Source: Cyanobacteria bacterium P01_A01_bin.123 (GTDB taxonomy: Bacteria > Cyanobacteriota > Cyanobacteriia > Phormidesmidales > Phormidesmidaceae). From it: a stretch of DNA of 64,000 nucleotides. The notes beneath the pieces were generated by a model. It did no database searches, was not told the DNA's origin, and saw only the letters and a program-made list of their open reading frames with translations. The stretch lies in NCBI GenBank assembly GCA_039815185.1, contig JBCBZT010000044.1, positions 1 through 64,000 on the forward strand, in the 5' to 3' direction. The translations under genes were made by a program, and so were the position numbers. This document shows, one piece after another, positions 37,371 to 48,379 of the stretch. How positions within the stretch are numbered: the first letter of the stretch is position 1; every line of letters begins with the position of its first letter.

Positions 37371-38321
37371 CTATTGCTTAGTTGCTATACACATCAAGGA
37401 TAATGCCGCTGTCGAGGCAGAGGGATTAATCCCAGATAGGATTTGCCCGACTCGGTAACGCCAGTGAGGTGGTTTACCGCAGAATCCTTCTAGAGCTTCT
37501 GCACCTGCCGCATTATTATGAGGATATATATTAACCTTAAATCCCATTGGTAATAAGATTTTATAAAATAATTCAGAGGTTACACCATCACCTGGGTGGT
37601 GGTGTATCTCTGTTGCCAAGGCCGTAAGACGTTCTTCAAGTGGAATATGTAGCCGTTTTAGAAAGAGTCGATATATGACCTTTAATCGAATCTTATAAAG
37701 GAACAGCCCTAAACCCCTGTAGTTCCAAGCAGTTAACTGTGGGTCATGATCAATAATCAACTGTCCACCAGAACGTACTAACCGAGCGGCTTCAGCTAGT
37801 ACTGCCGCCATATCAGAACAGTGGTGTAAGGCTGCATTCACAACAACTAAGTCTGCAAAACCCGATACCAGTGGTAGTTGGTGAGCATCTGCTAGCAAAG
37901 AAGTGTAACCAATTCGTTGGGCCATTTCTAATGAACCTCGGGCGATATCCACGCCAATAAGTAGTTTAGGTTGTCCGCCTAAAATCGCATAGAGATTTCC
38001 TGGACCGCATCCAATGTCAACTACGATCTTGTCATCCCAACTACCAGCTGCAGCATGCCAGCGCTCTTTAAAGGATTGGTCACGATGGCAAGCCTCAAAA
38101 TAAGTTTTAGCCCATTCTGGATGGTTAAAATATATTTGATTAGCTTTGATCTCAGGAGTCTCTGGTACATAAACAGATAGCATGTCCTTTTCAAAAGCGA
38201 TCTTACAACTAGGGTCTAGAAAAGGCTTAATGTCTATCCCGGTAACTGTGGCATGATTTTTTGTGGGTTGTTTTTGGGTAGTTTGATAATATCTCTCCTG
38301 ATCATCCTTCAAATCATTCAC
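37371..38321 (-). CDS. Class I SAM-dependent methyltransferase
   Basis: VVDIGCGPG, GVDI, ADAHQLP, DLVVVNAALHH, RLVRSGG. Confidence 0.85.
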   Translation of the reverse strand: MNDLKDDQERYYQTTQKQPTKNHATVTGIDIKPFLDPSCKIAFEKDMLSVYVPETPEIKANQIYFNHPEWAKTYFEACHRDQSFKERWHAAAGSWDDKIVVDIGCGPGNLYAILGGQPKLLIGVDIARGSLEMAQRIGYTSLLADAHQLPLVSGFADLVVVNAALHHCSDMAAVLAEAARLVRSGGQLIIDHDPQLTAWNYRGLGLFLYKIRLKVIYRLFLKRLHIPLEERLTALATEIHHHPGDGVTSELFYKILLPMGFKVNIYPHNNAAGAEALEGFCGKPPHWRYRVGQILSGINPSASTAALSLMCIATKQ

Positions 38322-39110
38322 GAGGTTGTCCTTTTATAGTTGGGGATAGATATTGAGAATTTTTATTCAATTATCGACAAAAATCTTTCTCGTATCAGAA
38401 GAAGAATCAACAAAAACAACATCCTTAAAACTTCTATTAACCACTGAAGTCATAGTCGTAAGTATTTTCAGGTTGATCCCCATAGCAGTTTTTAACTGGC
38501 TTATAGCTGTTCTGAAATATGAAAATAGAAAGCAGTTAGTTCAAACTACCTGCTGCCTTTGAATGGCAGTAGCTAGATTTAGAAGAGCTCAAAGCCAACT
38601 CACGAAAATATTATGGGCTTAGTCATATCTAGGGATAAACACCAAGCTCAAATTCAAATTGACTGCTCAAAGAATGTTAAGAGGAGGCTAATTGACTCTT
38701 TATCTATCATCAAGCCTTGTGGATTATTCTTCACTAAAAAAACATATTCCAATGCTATTTGTTGACTTTATAACAAGTTGTTTGGGTTAGCCTTTACTGA
38801 AAACTAATAGCTGCCAACTGAAAAAACAGCAGTTATTTAAGATATTAAGTACCTGAGAAGACTAAACATGGTCAGGTTTCCACTGTAGGAGTGAGTGTAG
38901 TACAAAGGAATTGTAGCTATTTAACGGGATTGCTCACCTGCTCCTGGGATTAAGTCACACGTTTTATCGATCGCATCGGATACATAACAAACCCCGCCAA
39001 ATTTATTGAGCATTGGACGTATCTGCGTCATTTGAATTTATAACCGATAGATCAAATGGGACAATCAACCAAAGAAACCGGATCTCTGCTACAAGTAGCT
39101 GGTCAAAACC

Positions 39111-40271
<1,161 letters not shown>

Positions 40272-40324
40272 TTAAGCCCAATCCGGGTGATTCATTTAGT
40301 GAACTTTTTTGATTTGTGACTGGA

Positions 40325-40699
40325 TTACCAAATCATGTCTCGGGCAGCTTGCACCCGCGCCCAAATTTCAGGGGTGCTGCTTTCCCACACGCCCCCTAGT
40401 AAATGGCGAAAGGCTAGATCTTGCTGGGCTTGGGCTTCGATGCGATCGATAAATTCTGGGCCATAGCCGTGGATTAGGTCTTCAAGAGGGCCAGCAGCAA
40501 GCACAGAGATCACGGTGCCGCTGGGGCGTTGCCGCAAAATTTCGAGAATCGCTTGCCAGCGCAGTTCTGGGTCAGTGAGCCACCAAAATTTTTCCACAGC
40601 CCAAAACAGGGGATGTTGTCGATAGGGGCGTTTACGGTTGGGATCGCTGTAATAGTTAATGTAGGCAGTGACCCACCGATCGAGGGATTTGGGTGACAT
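40325..40699 (-). CDS. Small conserved hypothetical protein (DUF6869-like)
   Basis: VLAAGPLEDL...FIDRIE...FRHLLGGVW motif; family name from recall. Confidence 0.6.
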   Translation of the reverse strand: MSPKSLDRWVTAYINYYSDPNRKRPYRQHPLFWAVEKFWWLTDPELRWQAILEILRQRPSGTVISVLAAGPLEDLIHGYGPEFIDRIEAQAQQDLAFRHLLGGVWESSTPEIWARVQAARDMIW

Positions 40700-40767
40700 C
40701 GGTAGTTACAACAGGAGATGACTCATTTATCGTTAATGTCATCTGAATTTTCTGGTTCAAAGAAATC

Positions 40768-41226
40768 TTAAGCCTCCTCTAAATGAGCCTTTAGCGCCAG
40801 CGTGTCACGATCGCAGCCTTGCTTAAACATCCCTTTGAGCAAAAAACCGAAGAGCTTGGGTACGAGTCCCGGCATCTCAATTTCGCTATGCATGGTTAAC
40901 TGGGTGCGATCGCCCTCATTAGTCACCAGCGTATAGAAAAAGCGATATTCCCCTTTGCCCGTGGTGCCCTGGCTGCCATCAACTCGCAAGTTAACGGTGT
41001 GGGGTGGCTCAAATCCGGTCACCTCAAATATCTCGGAGGCTTCTTTGCCAAACATCTTGCGGGTTTCGCGCCACTGGGTGCCGACGCTGTAAGGGCCATC
41101 GGTTAGTTTTTCAATCTTGATCAGCCCATCCATCCAATGGTGCCACGAGTCAAAATCAGTCATTGCTGCCATGACCTGGGTGGGTGGCGCATTGATTTCA
41201 AATTTGCTCGTAAATGAAATCGTCAT
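40768..41226 (-). CDS. SRPBCC (START/Bet v1-like) family protein
   Basis: INAPPTQVMAAMTDFDSWHHW, VGTQWRE, C-terminal helix ending LKAHLE. Confidence 0.82.
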   Translation of the reverse strand: MTISFTSKFEINAPPTQVMAAMTDFDSWHHWMDGLIKIEKLTDGPYSVGTQWRETRKMFGKEASEIFEVTGFEPPHTVNLRVDGSQGTTGKGEYRFFYTLVTNEGDRTQLTMHSEIEMPGLVPKLFGFLLKGMFKQGCDRDTLALKAHLEEA

Positions 41227-41265
41227 TTCAGCACAGTCCGATTCAAAACGGGTCTAATCAGGATC

Positions 41266-41958
41266 CTAAACCACATCCCGATTGAAATCTGGCTGGGAAG
41301 GGCTGGTGCCTTCAAATGGAATGATGGCATCTTCTGCGATCGCGTAGGCCACATCTTCTCGACCCAGTCGCACAGTATATCCCCCGGTGAACTCGCCAAA
41401 GGCGGGTAAGGTCAGACGATTGATCCCTACCTCATGGAAAAAGCAGGGTAGACGCAGTTGATCCAGACGGGTTTTTAAATTGACACAGGGATGCACATGA
41501 CCGCAAATGTTCAGGCTTGAACCATAGGCATGGGGTTCGTGGCTGAGCACCAAATCATCTGCTAGCTGAATCGGGCGTGTGCAGCAGTCGATAGAGAGCT
41601 GCTGCAAATCATCGCTCATGGGGCGATCGTGGTTGCCCAGCAACAGGTGTACCTGAATCTGCACGTCGTTGAGAAACCGTAGCCAACTATTGATCACCTC
41701 ATCGACTAACCCCTGCTTAGCGTGGAACAAATCACCCAAAATAAATAAATGATCGGGTTTCCAGGTGTGGCAAAGGGCACTGAGTCGATCAAGGGTGTGC
41801 TGGTTGATGGGGTTGGCAATGGGGATGCCAAAGGATTGAAACGTCTCAGCTTTCCCCAAATGCACATCGGATACCAGCAGGCTGTTATGGGCGGGGAGGT
41901 AAATGGCCTTTTGCGGTAGCAAGTTGAGATTGACAGTTTGAATTTGGATGGCCTGCAT
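41266..41958 (-). CDS. pdeM: Ligase-associated DNA-damage-response metallophosphoesterase/endonuclease
   Basis: SDVHLGK, LGDLFH, GNHD, SHEP, GHVHP, LPAFGEFTGG. Start set at the ATG at 41958. Confidence 0.85.
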   Translation of the reverse strand: MQAIQIQTVNLNLLPQKAIYLPAHNSLLVSDVHLGKAETFQSFGIPIANPINQHTLDRLSALCHTWKPDHLFILGDLFHAKQGLVDEVINSWLRFLNDVQIQVHLLLGNHDRPMSDDLQQLSIDCCTRPIQLADDLVLSHEPHAYGSSLNICGHVHPCVNLKTRLDQLRLPCFFHEVGINRLTLPAFGEFTGGYTVRLGREDVAYAIAEDAIIPFEGTSPSQPDFNRDVV

Positions 41959-42030
41959 TAAAAACGGGTGTTGATCAGGGCTGACCGCTAGAATAGCAGG
42001 TGTCCCATTTGGAAATCCCACAAATTCTTC

Positions 42031-43479
42031 ATGTCCGTTCGAGTTCGCATCGCGCCAAGCCCCACTGGTACCCTGCACATTGGCACGGCCAGAACCGCTG
42101 TGTTTAATTGGTTGTTTGCTCGCCACCACGGCGGACAGTTTATTTTGCGGATCGAAGATACCGACCAAGCGCGATCGCGTGCAGAATATACTGACAACAT
42201 TATGGCAGGGTTAGCCTGGTTGGGGTTGACCTGGGACGAAGGGCCATTTTTTCAGTCCAAACGCATGGAGCTGTATCAGCAGGCGATTCAAACCCTGCTG
42301 GACAAAGGACTCGCCTACCGCGCCTACGACACCCCTGAAGAACTCGATGCCATGCGGACCGCGCAAAAGGCCAAAAGTCAGGCCCCCCGCTACGACAATC
42401 GCCACCGCGATTTAACCCCTGAGCAGCAAGCCGCCTTTGAAGCCGAGGGCCGAGCAGCGGTGATTCGCTTCAAAATTGACGACCGTCGCGTCATCACTTG
42501 GAAAGATATGGTGCGGGGCAAAATGACCTGGAAAGGTAGCGATTTGGGCGGCGACATGGTGGTTGCGCGGGCAGCTTCGGCTAGTCAGGTTGGGCAACCC
42601 CTTTATAACCTGGCAGTGGTCGTGGACGACCAAGACATGGCGATTACCCACGTGATCCGGGGGGAAGATCACATCGCCAATACCGCCAAGCAGATCTTGC
42701 TCTATGAAGCTTTGGGTGCAGCGGTACCCGAGTTTGCCCATACGCCATTGATTCTCAACCAATCCGGGGCCAAACTGTCTAAGCGGGATGGGGTAACCTC
42801 GATTTCTGATTTTCAGCAGATGGGCTTTACCGCTGAGGCGATCGCGAACTACATGACCCTCCTGGGTTGGTCTCCCCCAGATGCCCAAGAGCGGTTTACC
42901 CTGACAGAAGCGGCTGAAAAGTTTAGTTTTGATCGAGTCAATAAAGCCGGGGCCAAGTTCGATTGGGATAAACTCGACTGGCTCAACGGCCAATACCTCC
43001 ATGAAGTCCCTGCGGTTCAACTGACTGACCAATTGATTCCCTATTGGCAAGAAGCTGGGTATGCGTTCGATCCAGAAGGCGATCGCGATTGGTTAGAAGC
43101 CCTGGCAGCTTTAGTTGGCCCGAGTTTGACCCGCTTGCCTGAAGCAGTTGAAATGACGCGCTTTTTCTTTAGTGAAACGGTGCCGTTTAGCGAAGCGGCC
43201 CAAAAGCAAGTGACCCAAGATGGGGTACCTGATGTGTTGACGGCAATTGTAGAAGCGCTGCAAACCGGAGAAGATTATGGCAGTGCAGACACGCTTAAGG
43301 GCGTGATCAACCGGGTGACTAAGGCCCAAGGTGTGAAGAAGGGTTTGGTGATGCGATCGCTGCGGGCAGCGCTCATGGGCGACATGAGCGGCCCAGACTT
43401 GTTGGAATCCTGGCTGATTTTGCAGCAGCGCGGGTTTGATCAGGTGAGGTTAAAAGGCGCGATCGCCTTAGCGACCTGA
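42031..43479 (+). CDS. gltX: Glutamate--tRNA ligase
   Basis: [13 protein letters not shown] (HIGH-type), [20 protein letters not shown]. Confidence 0.97.
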   Translation: MSVRVRIAPSPTGTLHIGTARTAVFNWLFARHHGGQFILRIEDTDQARSRAEYTDNIMAGLAWLGLTWDEGPFFQSKRMELYQQAIQTLLDKGLAYRAYDTPEELDAMRTAQKAKSQAPRYDNRHRDLTPEQQAAFEAEGRAAVIRFKIDDRRVITWKDMVRGKMTWKGSDLGGDMVVARAASASQVGQPLYNLAVVVDDQDMAITHVIRGEDHIANTAKQILLYEALGAAVPEFAHTPLILNQSGAKLSKRDGVTSISDFQQMGFTAEAIANYMTLLGWSPPDAQERFTLTEAAEKFSFDRVNKAGAKFDWDKLDWLNGQYLHEVPAVQLTDQLIPYWQEAGYAFDPEGDRDWLEALAALVGPSLTRLPEAVEMTRFFFSETVPFSEAAQKQVTQDGVPDVLTAIVEALQTGEDYGSADTLKGVINRVTKAQGVKKGLVMRSLRAALMGDMSGPDLLESWLILQQRGFDQVRLKGAIALAT

Positions 43480-43630
43480 CCGCTGTCCGATGTCTCGCTG
43501 AATGGTACTCCAGGGGTACCCCAGACGGCTGAGCACAGCCCCAAAGGCACCTTCTACCGCGCTGGCCAGATTGCTCATGCACCTAGGTATCGCTGGGATA
43601 CTCAACACACAAGCAATCTGGTTCGCGGTA

Positions 43631-43670
43631 GCGCTCAGATTTTGTGGCTACAGCCACGAAATCTGAGTGT
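43631..43670. terminator. Long hairpin between convergent gltX and desaturase
   Basis: gcgctcagattttgtggct-ac-agccacgaaatctgagtgt. Confidence 0.65.
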
Positions 43671-43691
43671 CGCTTGCGTTTGCAGCGCAGT

Positions 43692-44813
43692 CTAAGATGA
43701 CTGCGCTACACCGAATATTTGGGTTCGGGTGCGTTGATGGAACGCCTTAATCGATTGCAAACTATTTGAATCAGCATCCCATAGAATGAACTTAAAACAG
43801 TCAGGAATATCCCGAATTCGGAGCGTTTTTATATTGCCAAGCAGATGAATATTCCGGTCATGACACGCTCGGAGATTGTAATTTGGAATTCTTTCAGAGA
43901 GATGGTGAATATTGTGGTAGCCAATATCTGCCGCAAACCACATTAGAACGGTTGGTAATTTCAGATAGCTGCTGCCCTCTAGTGCGCCCAGTAAATAATC
44001 CCAACCTTCTGTTTTGTGGGCGTAAGATCCATCAAAATTATGCTGCACAAAAAAGACACAGATGAAGATCGCCGCGGCAAAGGTCAGAGAAATTGAGTAA
44101 ATGCTCCAAAATAAACCAACTCCCATAAGATGGCCAAGGTAGATCCAGAGACTGATCACGCATATATTGTTGAACAGCAAGTGCCAAAATTCGGCGCTGG
44201 TATACCAGTGTTTTGATTTGTAAGAGAGGACTATTTCTCGTAAACCCGTGGTGGGCTTTTTAAGCAAACAATTGAGCAGATGTTTTATAAACCCATAGCT
44301 CCCTAAAAAGAGAGCCATCCTTGGCTTAATCGCCAGGTAGAAAAAACCACCAGGGAAGATCATAACGGGATGCCTCAATATCCCGTAAAACCTTTGCCTC
44401 CAAGGACTTAACGCCGCAAACTCTTGAGTTGAAAGCAATGCGGAAGGCCCCCGATACTGATCCCAATCACCATTGGTTTTGTGATGGTAGGCGTGTCCTC
44501 TAGACCACGGATATTGAGGAATAGCGTTAATAACACCCAATGCAAAACCCACAATTCTGTTCACACTTTTTGCTCTAAAGAGGGAATAGTGTCCACAATC
44601 ATGCATCAAAGAAAAACAGCGGACTGCAAACAGCGTGATCAGAATCAGGATAGGGGGCAGTAGCCAAAATGAAATGGCAGCGGCCTTTGCGGCCAAAAAC
44701 CATAGGGCGATATAAGGTACAACGGTATTCAGGATTTGATAAGTCCCTCGAAAATCGTTGCTCTGCATGTAGGGAGCCAAGACAAAGTCTGACTTTTGGA
44801 TTTTAACTGTCAT
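43692..44813 (-). CDS. Membrane fatty acid desaturase
   Basis: His boxes HDCGH, HAYHH and HNIHH with hydrophobic segments; RIPNYNL. Confidence 0.88.
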   Translation of the reverse strand: MTVKIQKSDFVLAPYMQSNDFRGTYQILNTVVPYIALWFLAAKAAAISFWLLPPILILITLFAVRCFSLMHDCGHYSLFRAKSVNRIVGFALGVINAIPQYPWSRGHAYHHKTNGDWDQYRGPSALLSTQEFAALSPWRQRFYGILRHPVMIFPGGFFYLAIKPRMALFLGSYGFIKHLLNCLLKKPTTGLREIVLSYKSKHWYTSAEFWHLLFNNICVISLWIYLGHLMGVGLFWSIYSISLTFAAAIFICVFFVQHNFDGSYAHKTEGWDYLLGALEGSSYLKLPTVLMWFAADIGYHNIHHLSERIPNYNLRACHDRNIHLLGNIKTLRIRDIPDCFKFILWDADSNSLQSIKAFHQRTRTQIFGVAQSS

Positions 44814-44947
44814 TCAATGCCTTTTCCTAATAAATAATTTTCACTCCTATAAAACACTACACTAAATTCAATCATGGCATCAGCATATAGATAAGCTTGG
44901 CTAGCGATCGAAAAACATGTCCGAAAGATAATTGCATTGACTCAAAT

Positions 44948-44982
44948 AAAAAGGGGAGAAGCATTTGCTTCCCCCTTTTTTT
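44948..44982 (-). terminator. Rho-independent (bidirectional) terminator closing the AetD-like unit
   Basis: aaaaaggggagaagc-attt-gcttccccctttttt with A/T tracts on both sides, about 30 nt downstream of the O-methyltransferase stop. Confidence 0.8.
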
Positions 44983-45010
44983 CAACCGCAATGGGACTGC
45001 AGATAGGACG

Positions 45011-46258
45011 CTAATTGATTGGGCACCCCTCAATCACACTCACTGGAGATTGGGTATGTATCATCTGGGTCATCTCGAACCCTGCGGCTTGGAACATAGT
45101 GCTGTATTCTGCCTGTGTTCGTTCCCGTCCACCGGGATACATGACCAGCATTTGCAAATCTAGGAATTTAGCAAAGTGGGGTGAATTATCGGGTGGAACG
45201 ATGGTTTCGATCACCACAAGCTTGCCTTGGGGGGCGATCGCTTGGCGGACATTTTTCAAAATTTGCACACCTTCCTCGTCGCTCCAGTCATGCAAAATGC
45301 ACGACAGTACGTAGGCATCGCCCCCGGCTGGGACTGATTTGAAAAAGTCACCGCCTACCGTCTGGACGCGATCGCTCATGCCAGACTCAACCAACTGTGC
45401 TTGGGCTGAGTCCACTACATGGGGTTGGTCAAACAAGGTTCCCTTTGCTTGGGGGTTGCGGGCCAAAATTGAAGACAGCAACGCACCGTAGCCACCAGCC
45501 ACATCAATGACTTGCTGAAACGGTGAAAAATCATAATTATCCAGTACCGCCATGTAGACGCCCATGGCCCAGTTGCCCATCGCCTGGTTAAAGATTTCAC
45601 CCGACTCAGGGTTCTGCGCAAAATACTTGAACGTGTTGTCCACCTGGTACAACCGTTGCAGAGCAGCTTCCCCAGTTTGAACAATGTGTCGCAGTTCACC
45701 CCAAGAGCGCCAGTTCCACTCATCACCAAACATCATTGCCAAAGATCTCAAAGAACCTGGCGTGTCTTTGCAAAGAAAATTCGCCATTGGCGTCAAGGCA
45801 AAGCGCTTAGGTTCTACTTCGCTAAACACGCCGACGCTGGCTAACATTCGCAAGAGTCGATAAAGGTTCTGAGGTTGGGTCTGGGTCGCTTGGGCCAATT
45901 CATCAATGGATTTGCTCTCTGCCTGGAGGTGATCCGCAACTCCCAACCACGCTGCCACACTAATCGATTGGGAAATCCAGCTGCCAGTCAACATTTGAAT
46001 CAGCCCCATGGGAGAAGGCTCATTAGACGTTGGGGCGCTTGTGTCCACGGGCTGGGACGGCGCCATTTGATTAGCAATGTAATCAATGGTTTGCTGCCGC
46101 ACCCAACCCCGACTAGAAATCACTTCCCCCAGGCGCTGAGTCGTCTGCTTTTGCTCAGTTAAAGCAGTTTCGACCTGATCAGGGGTAAGTAAACCTGCCT
46201 CGACAAGACAAGTTCCAATTCGTTTGGGAACACGGGATGAATCGATAGCGATGGTCAT
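45011..46258 (-). CDS. Methyltransf_2-family O-methyltransferase with N-terminal MshEN-like domain
   Basis: RIGTCLVEAGLLTPDQVETALTEQ..RLGEVISSRGWV at the N-terminus, a dimerisation wHTH (LYRLLRMLASVGVF), IDVAGGYG, GGDFF, ILHDWSDE, GGRERT. The ATG at 46258 has GGAG upstream. Confidence 0.88.
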   Translation of the reverse strand: MTIAIDSSRVPKRIGTCLVEAGLLTPDQVETALTEQKQTTQRLGEVISSRGWVRQQTIDYIANQMAPSQPVDTSAPTSNEPSPMGLIQMLTGSWISQSISVAAWLGVADHLQAESKSIDELAQATQTQPQNLYRLLRMLASVGVFSEVEPKRFALTPMANFLCKDTPGSLRSLAMMFGDEWNWRSWGELRHIVQTGEAALQRLYQVDNTFKYFAQNPESGEIFNQAMGNWAMGVYMAVLDNYDFSPFQQVIDVAGGYGALLSSILARNPQAKGTLFDQPHVVDSAQAQLVESGMSDRVQTVGGDFFKSVPAGGDAYVLSCILHDWSDEEGVQILKNVRQAIAPQGKLVVIETIVPPDNSPHFAKFLDLQMLVMYPGGRERTQAEYSTMFQAAGFEMTQMIHTQSPVSVIEGCPIN

Positions 46259-46414
46259 ATTGCAATACTCCGTAATGGATAGGGGTAAGGAGATAAAGTG
46301 ATGGGGTAGTGGATGATCAGGGAGGTGGGAAGCACGTAGCCGGCGGGAACAGACATAGCTTACTCTCCTGCGCTTTTGCTCCCCTATTGCCAATGCTGGC
46401 GCCTCCCTTGACCC

Positions 46415-48133
46415 CTATCGCCCAATTAGCAAAGGTTGAGCTAAATCCGATTCCTTCCGGGTTGTGGCTCTGAACCGGGCAAGGTTGGCGACGTCGCGGC
46501 AGGCGCTCAAGTATGCCAAATCTGTTTCTAGAGAGATCGCATCCTGTTTTAGGTCTTGATCTTGAACGGCTAACGCGAGTTGCTCGCTGAGGAAGATTAG
46601 CAACGGTTCGATGTGAACCTGTTCGAGCCATTCCCCCATGATGTCTTCGATGATGTGGTATTCACACACTAAGGTGTCGCCACAGTAGCGCCGAATAATG
46701 GGGTGGAGGGCACCGCTACCGGCAGCATTGGCCACGTCGTCTTTGTTAACTCGGTTAATCGCAAAGGGATCAGCGCTGGCGTTGATTACGTCCAAACCAA
46801 ACTCTAAGGTGATGGTGTAGTAATGTGCGTGCTGTCCTAGTTCACTATCACGTACATAGTCTATCGGTATATCTTGATAGTACTGAGCTGCACCAAGGGT
46901 GCTACTTGATTCAGGCAGCACCAGCAAATCACAGAGAAAACCCGTTTGCTGCCATAATCCAGAGGTTATGTTGATCCGCTCGAGGATAGCCTTGGCTAAA
47001 TCCGCTGGAGTTGGGGCCACGGTTTGGTAGGGTATGGACTGGTGGTTATATTTTTGCGCCAAGATTTGGAATAGCGCTTTGATGTTATATCGGAAGCCGT
47101 GAATAAAGCCAGATTGCTTCTTCTTGAAGTCGCGCATGTGGGTCAGCACGCCGACAAAATAGAGATCTTGAATGTTGGTGGATTCCCAATCACTGGTCTG
47201 GGCTGGAAAGCGATCGTGAATCGTCAGTTCTGGCTTACAAGATCCATCGAAGATAGCATCGTCAAACTGAAAGCCGGTGCAGACAATCACGCGATCGTAG
47301 ACTAAGTCTTCTTCTTCACCGTTGGCGTGGGTGTACGCAAAGGTCACCACAAATTGTCCGTCTTCGCGGCGAATCTCCTTGACTGTGGCATCAAGGGCCA
47401 CATTTTGAGACTTGAGTTGATAGGTATCGAGCAAGTTATTGTTAACGGCCCGCAGGTGTCCCACATACTTGGTTTTCCAAGCCATGGAGATGGGATTTGG
47501 GCTAGCAATGTGTAGTAAAGCAGTGGTGCCCACCAGGCTGTCTGCTGTCTCAAATCCAGAATTGCCTTTGCCCAAAATCAACACGCGTTGGTTGGCATAA
47601 TCTTCTGGGTTAGTCGAAATCTCAGTATAGTTTTCAGCCAGTTCAATCCCTGGAACTTCAGGCACGTAGGGTTTAGAAAATCCGGTTGCAACGATCAGAC
47701 GCTTGGCTGAATAAACGGTGTCTTGATGGTCAATGACAACAAACTTGTCGCTTTTTGACACTTTGACGACTCGAGTATTGCATTTGATGTTGAGCTGATA
47801 GTAATCAGCAAAGTCATTCAAATAGCGTACTAAATCATCCGTATGGGGAAAATACTCGCGACTATAGTGCTTGAAACTCAAAGCCTCATTATCGCAGATC
47901 AAAGAATTCCAGTCCCACCGCAAGTTAACTTCTGGGTTAGAGTAGCCCGTGTAAACCTTGTTGATAGAAATTAGCTTGCGGTGCCGAGGGAATTTCTTGA
48001 AAAAGGTGCCTGGTGTATCGCCTGCTTCCAAAACGAGATAGTTGTAGCCAGCTTTCTCCAAGAAATAAGCTAACTGTAATCCAGCAGGGCCAGCACCAAT
48101 AATTAGGTAATCAAATTCAGTGGAAACGTTCAT
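46415..48133 (-). CDS. FAD/NAD(P)-dependent oxidoreductase, FOXRED2-like
   Basis: IIGAGPAG, FFKKFPRHRKLISINK..NLRWDWNSL, IVATG, ILGKGNSGFETA, YVGHLRAVNN.LLDTYQLKS, GFIHGFRY. Confidence 0.8.
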   Translation of the reverse strand: MNVSTEFDYLIIGAGPAGLQLAYFLEKAGYNYLVLEAGDTPGTFFKKFPRHRKLISINKVYTGYSNPEVNLRWDWNSLICDNEALSFKHYSREYFPHTDDLVRYLNDFADYYQLNIKCNTRVVKVSKSDKFVVIDHQDTVYSAKRLIVATGFSKPYVPEVPGIELAENYTEISTNPEDYANQRVLILGKGNSGFETADSLVGTTALLHIASPNPISMAWKTKYVGHLRAVNNNLLDTYQLKSQNVALDATVKEIRREDGQFVVTFAYTHANGEEEDLVYDRVIVCTGFQFDDAIFDGSCKPELTIHDRFPAQTSDWESTNIQDLYFVGVLTHMRDFKKKQSGFIHGFRYNIKALFQILAQKYNHQSIPYQTVAPTPADLAKAILERINITSGLWQQTGFLCDLLVLPESSSTLGAAQYYQDIPIDYVRDSELGQHAHYYTITLEFGLDVINASADPFAINRVNKDDVANAAGSGALHPIIRRYCGDTLVCEYHIIEDIMGEWLEQVHIEPLLIFLSEQLALAVQDQDLKQDAISLETDLAYLSACRDVANLARFRATTRKESDLAQPLLIGR

Positions 48134-48379
48134 GATGTAGTACTTAATTGTGCAAGACAGTATCGAAACCGAACCGCTGGGGCAAAGCGGGCGAGCTCAA
48201 ATCCTGAAAAGGGGCTAGATAGCCCATAAGTTCTGTCAGTAGGTAACCCATGGGCCTGAGCGATAGCAGTAGCCACAACATCTCGTGCGCAACGGCTAGT
48301 CAGATTGCTTGTAAACTAAGTTCTTTAGAGATACTCAGTGTATTAAGCAATCTGGCTAGTGCGACAAAACAAGGCTGGC

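Noticed and set aside
41959..42168. N-terminal extension of pdeM in the ORF track
   Set aside because: It overlaps gltX on the opposite strand. Family similarity begins at MQAIQ (41958).
46259..46393. 45-aa N-terminal extension of the O-methyltransferase
   Set aside because: No family similarity. The ATG at 46258 has a good RBS.
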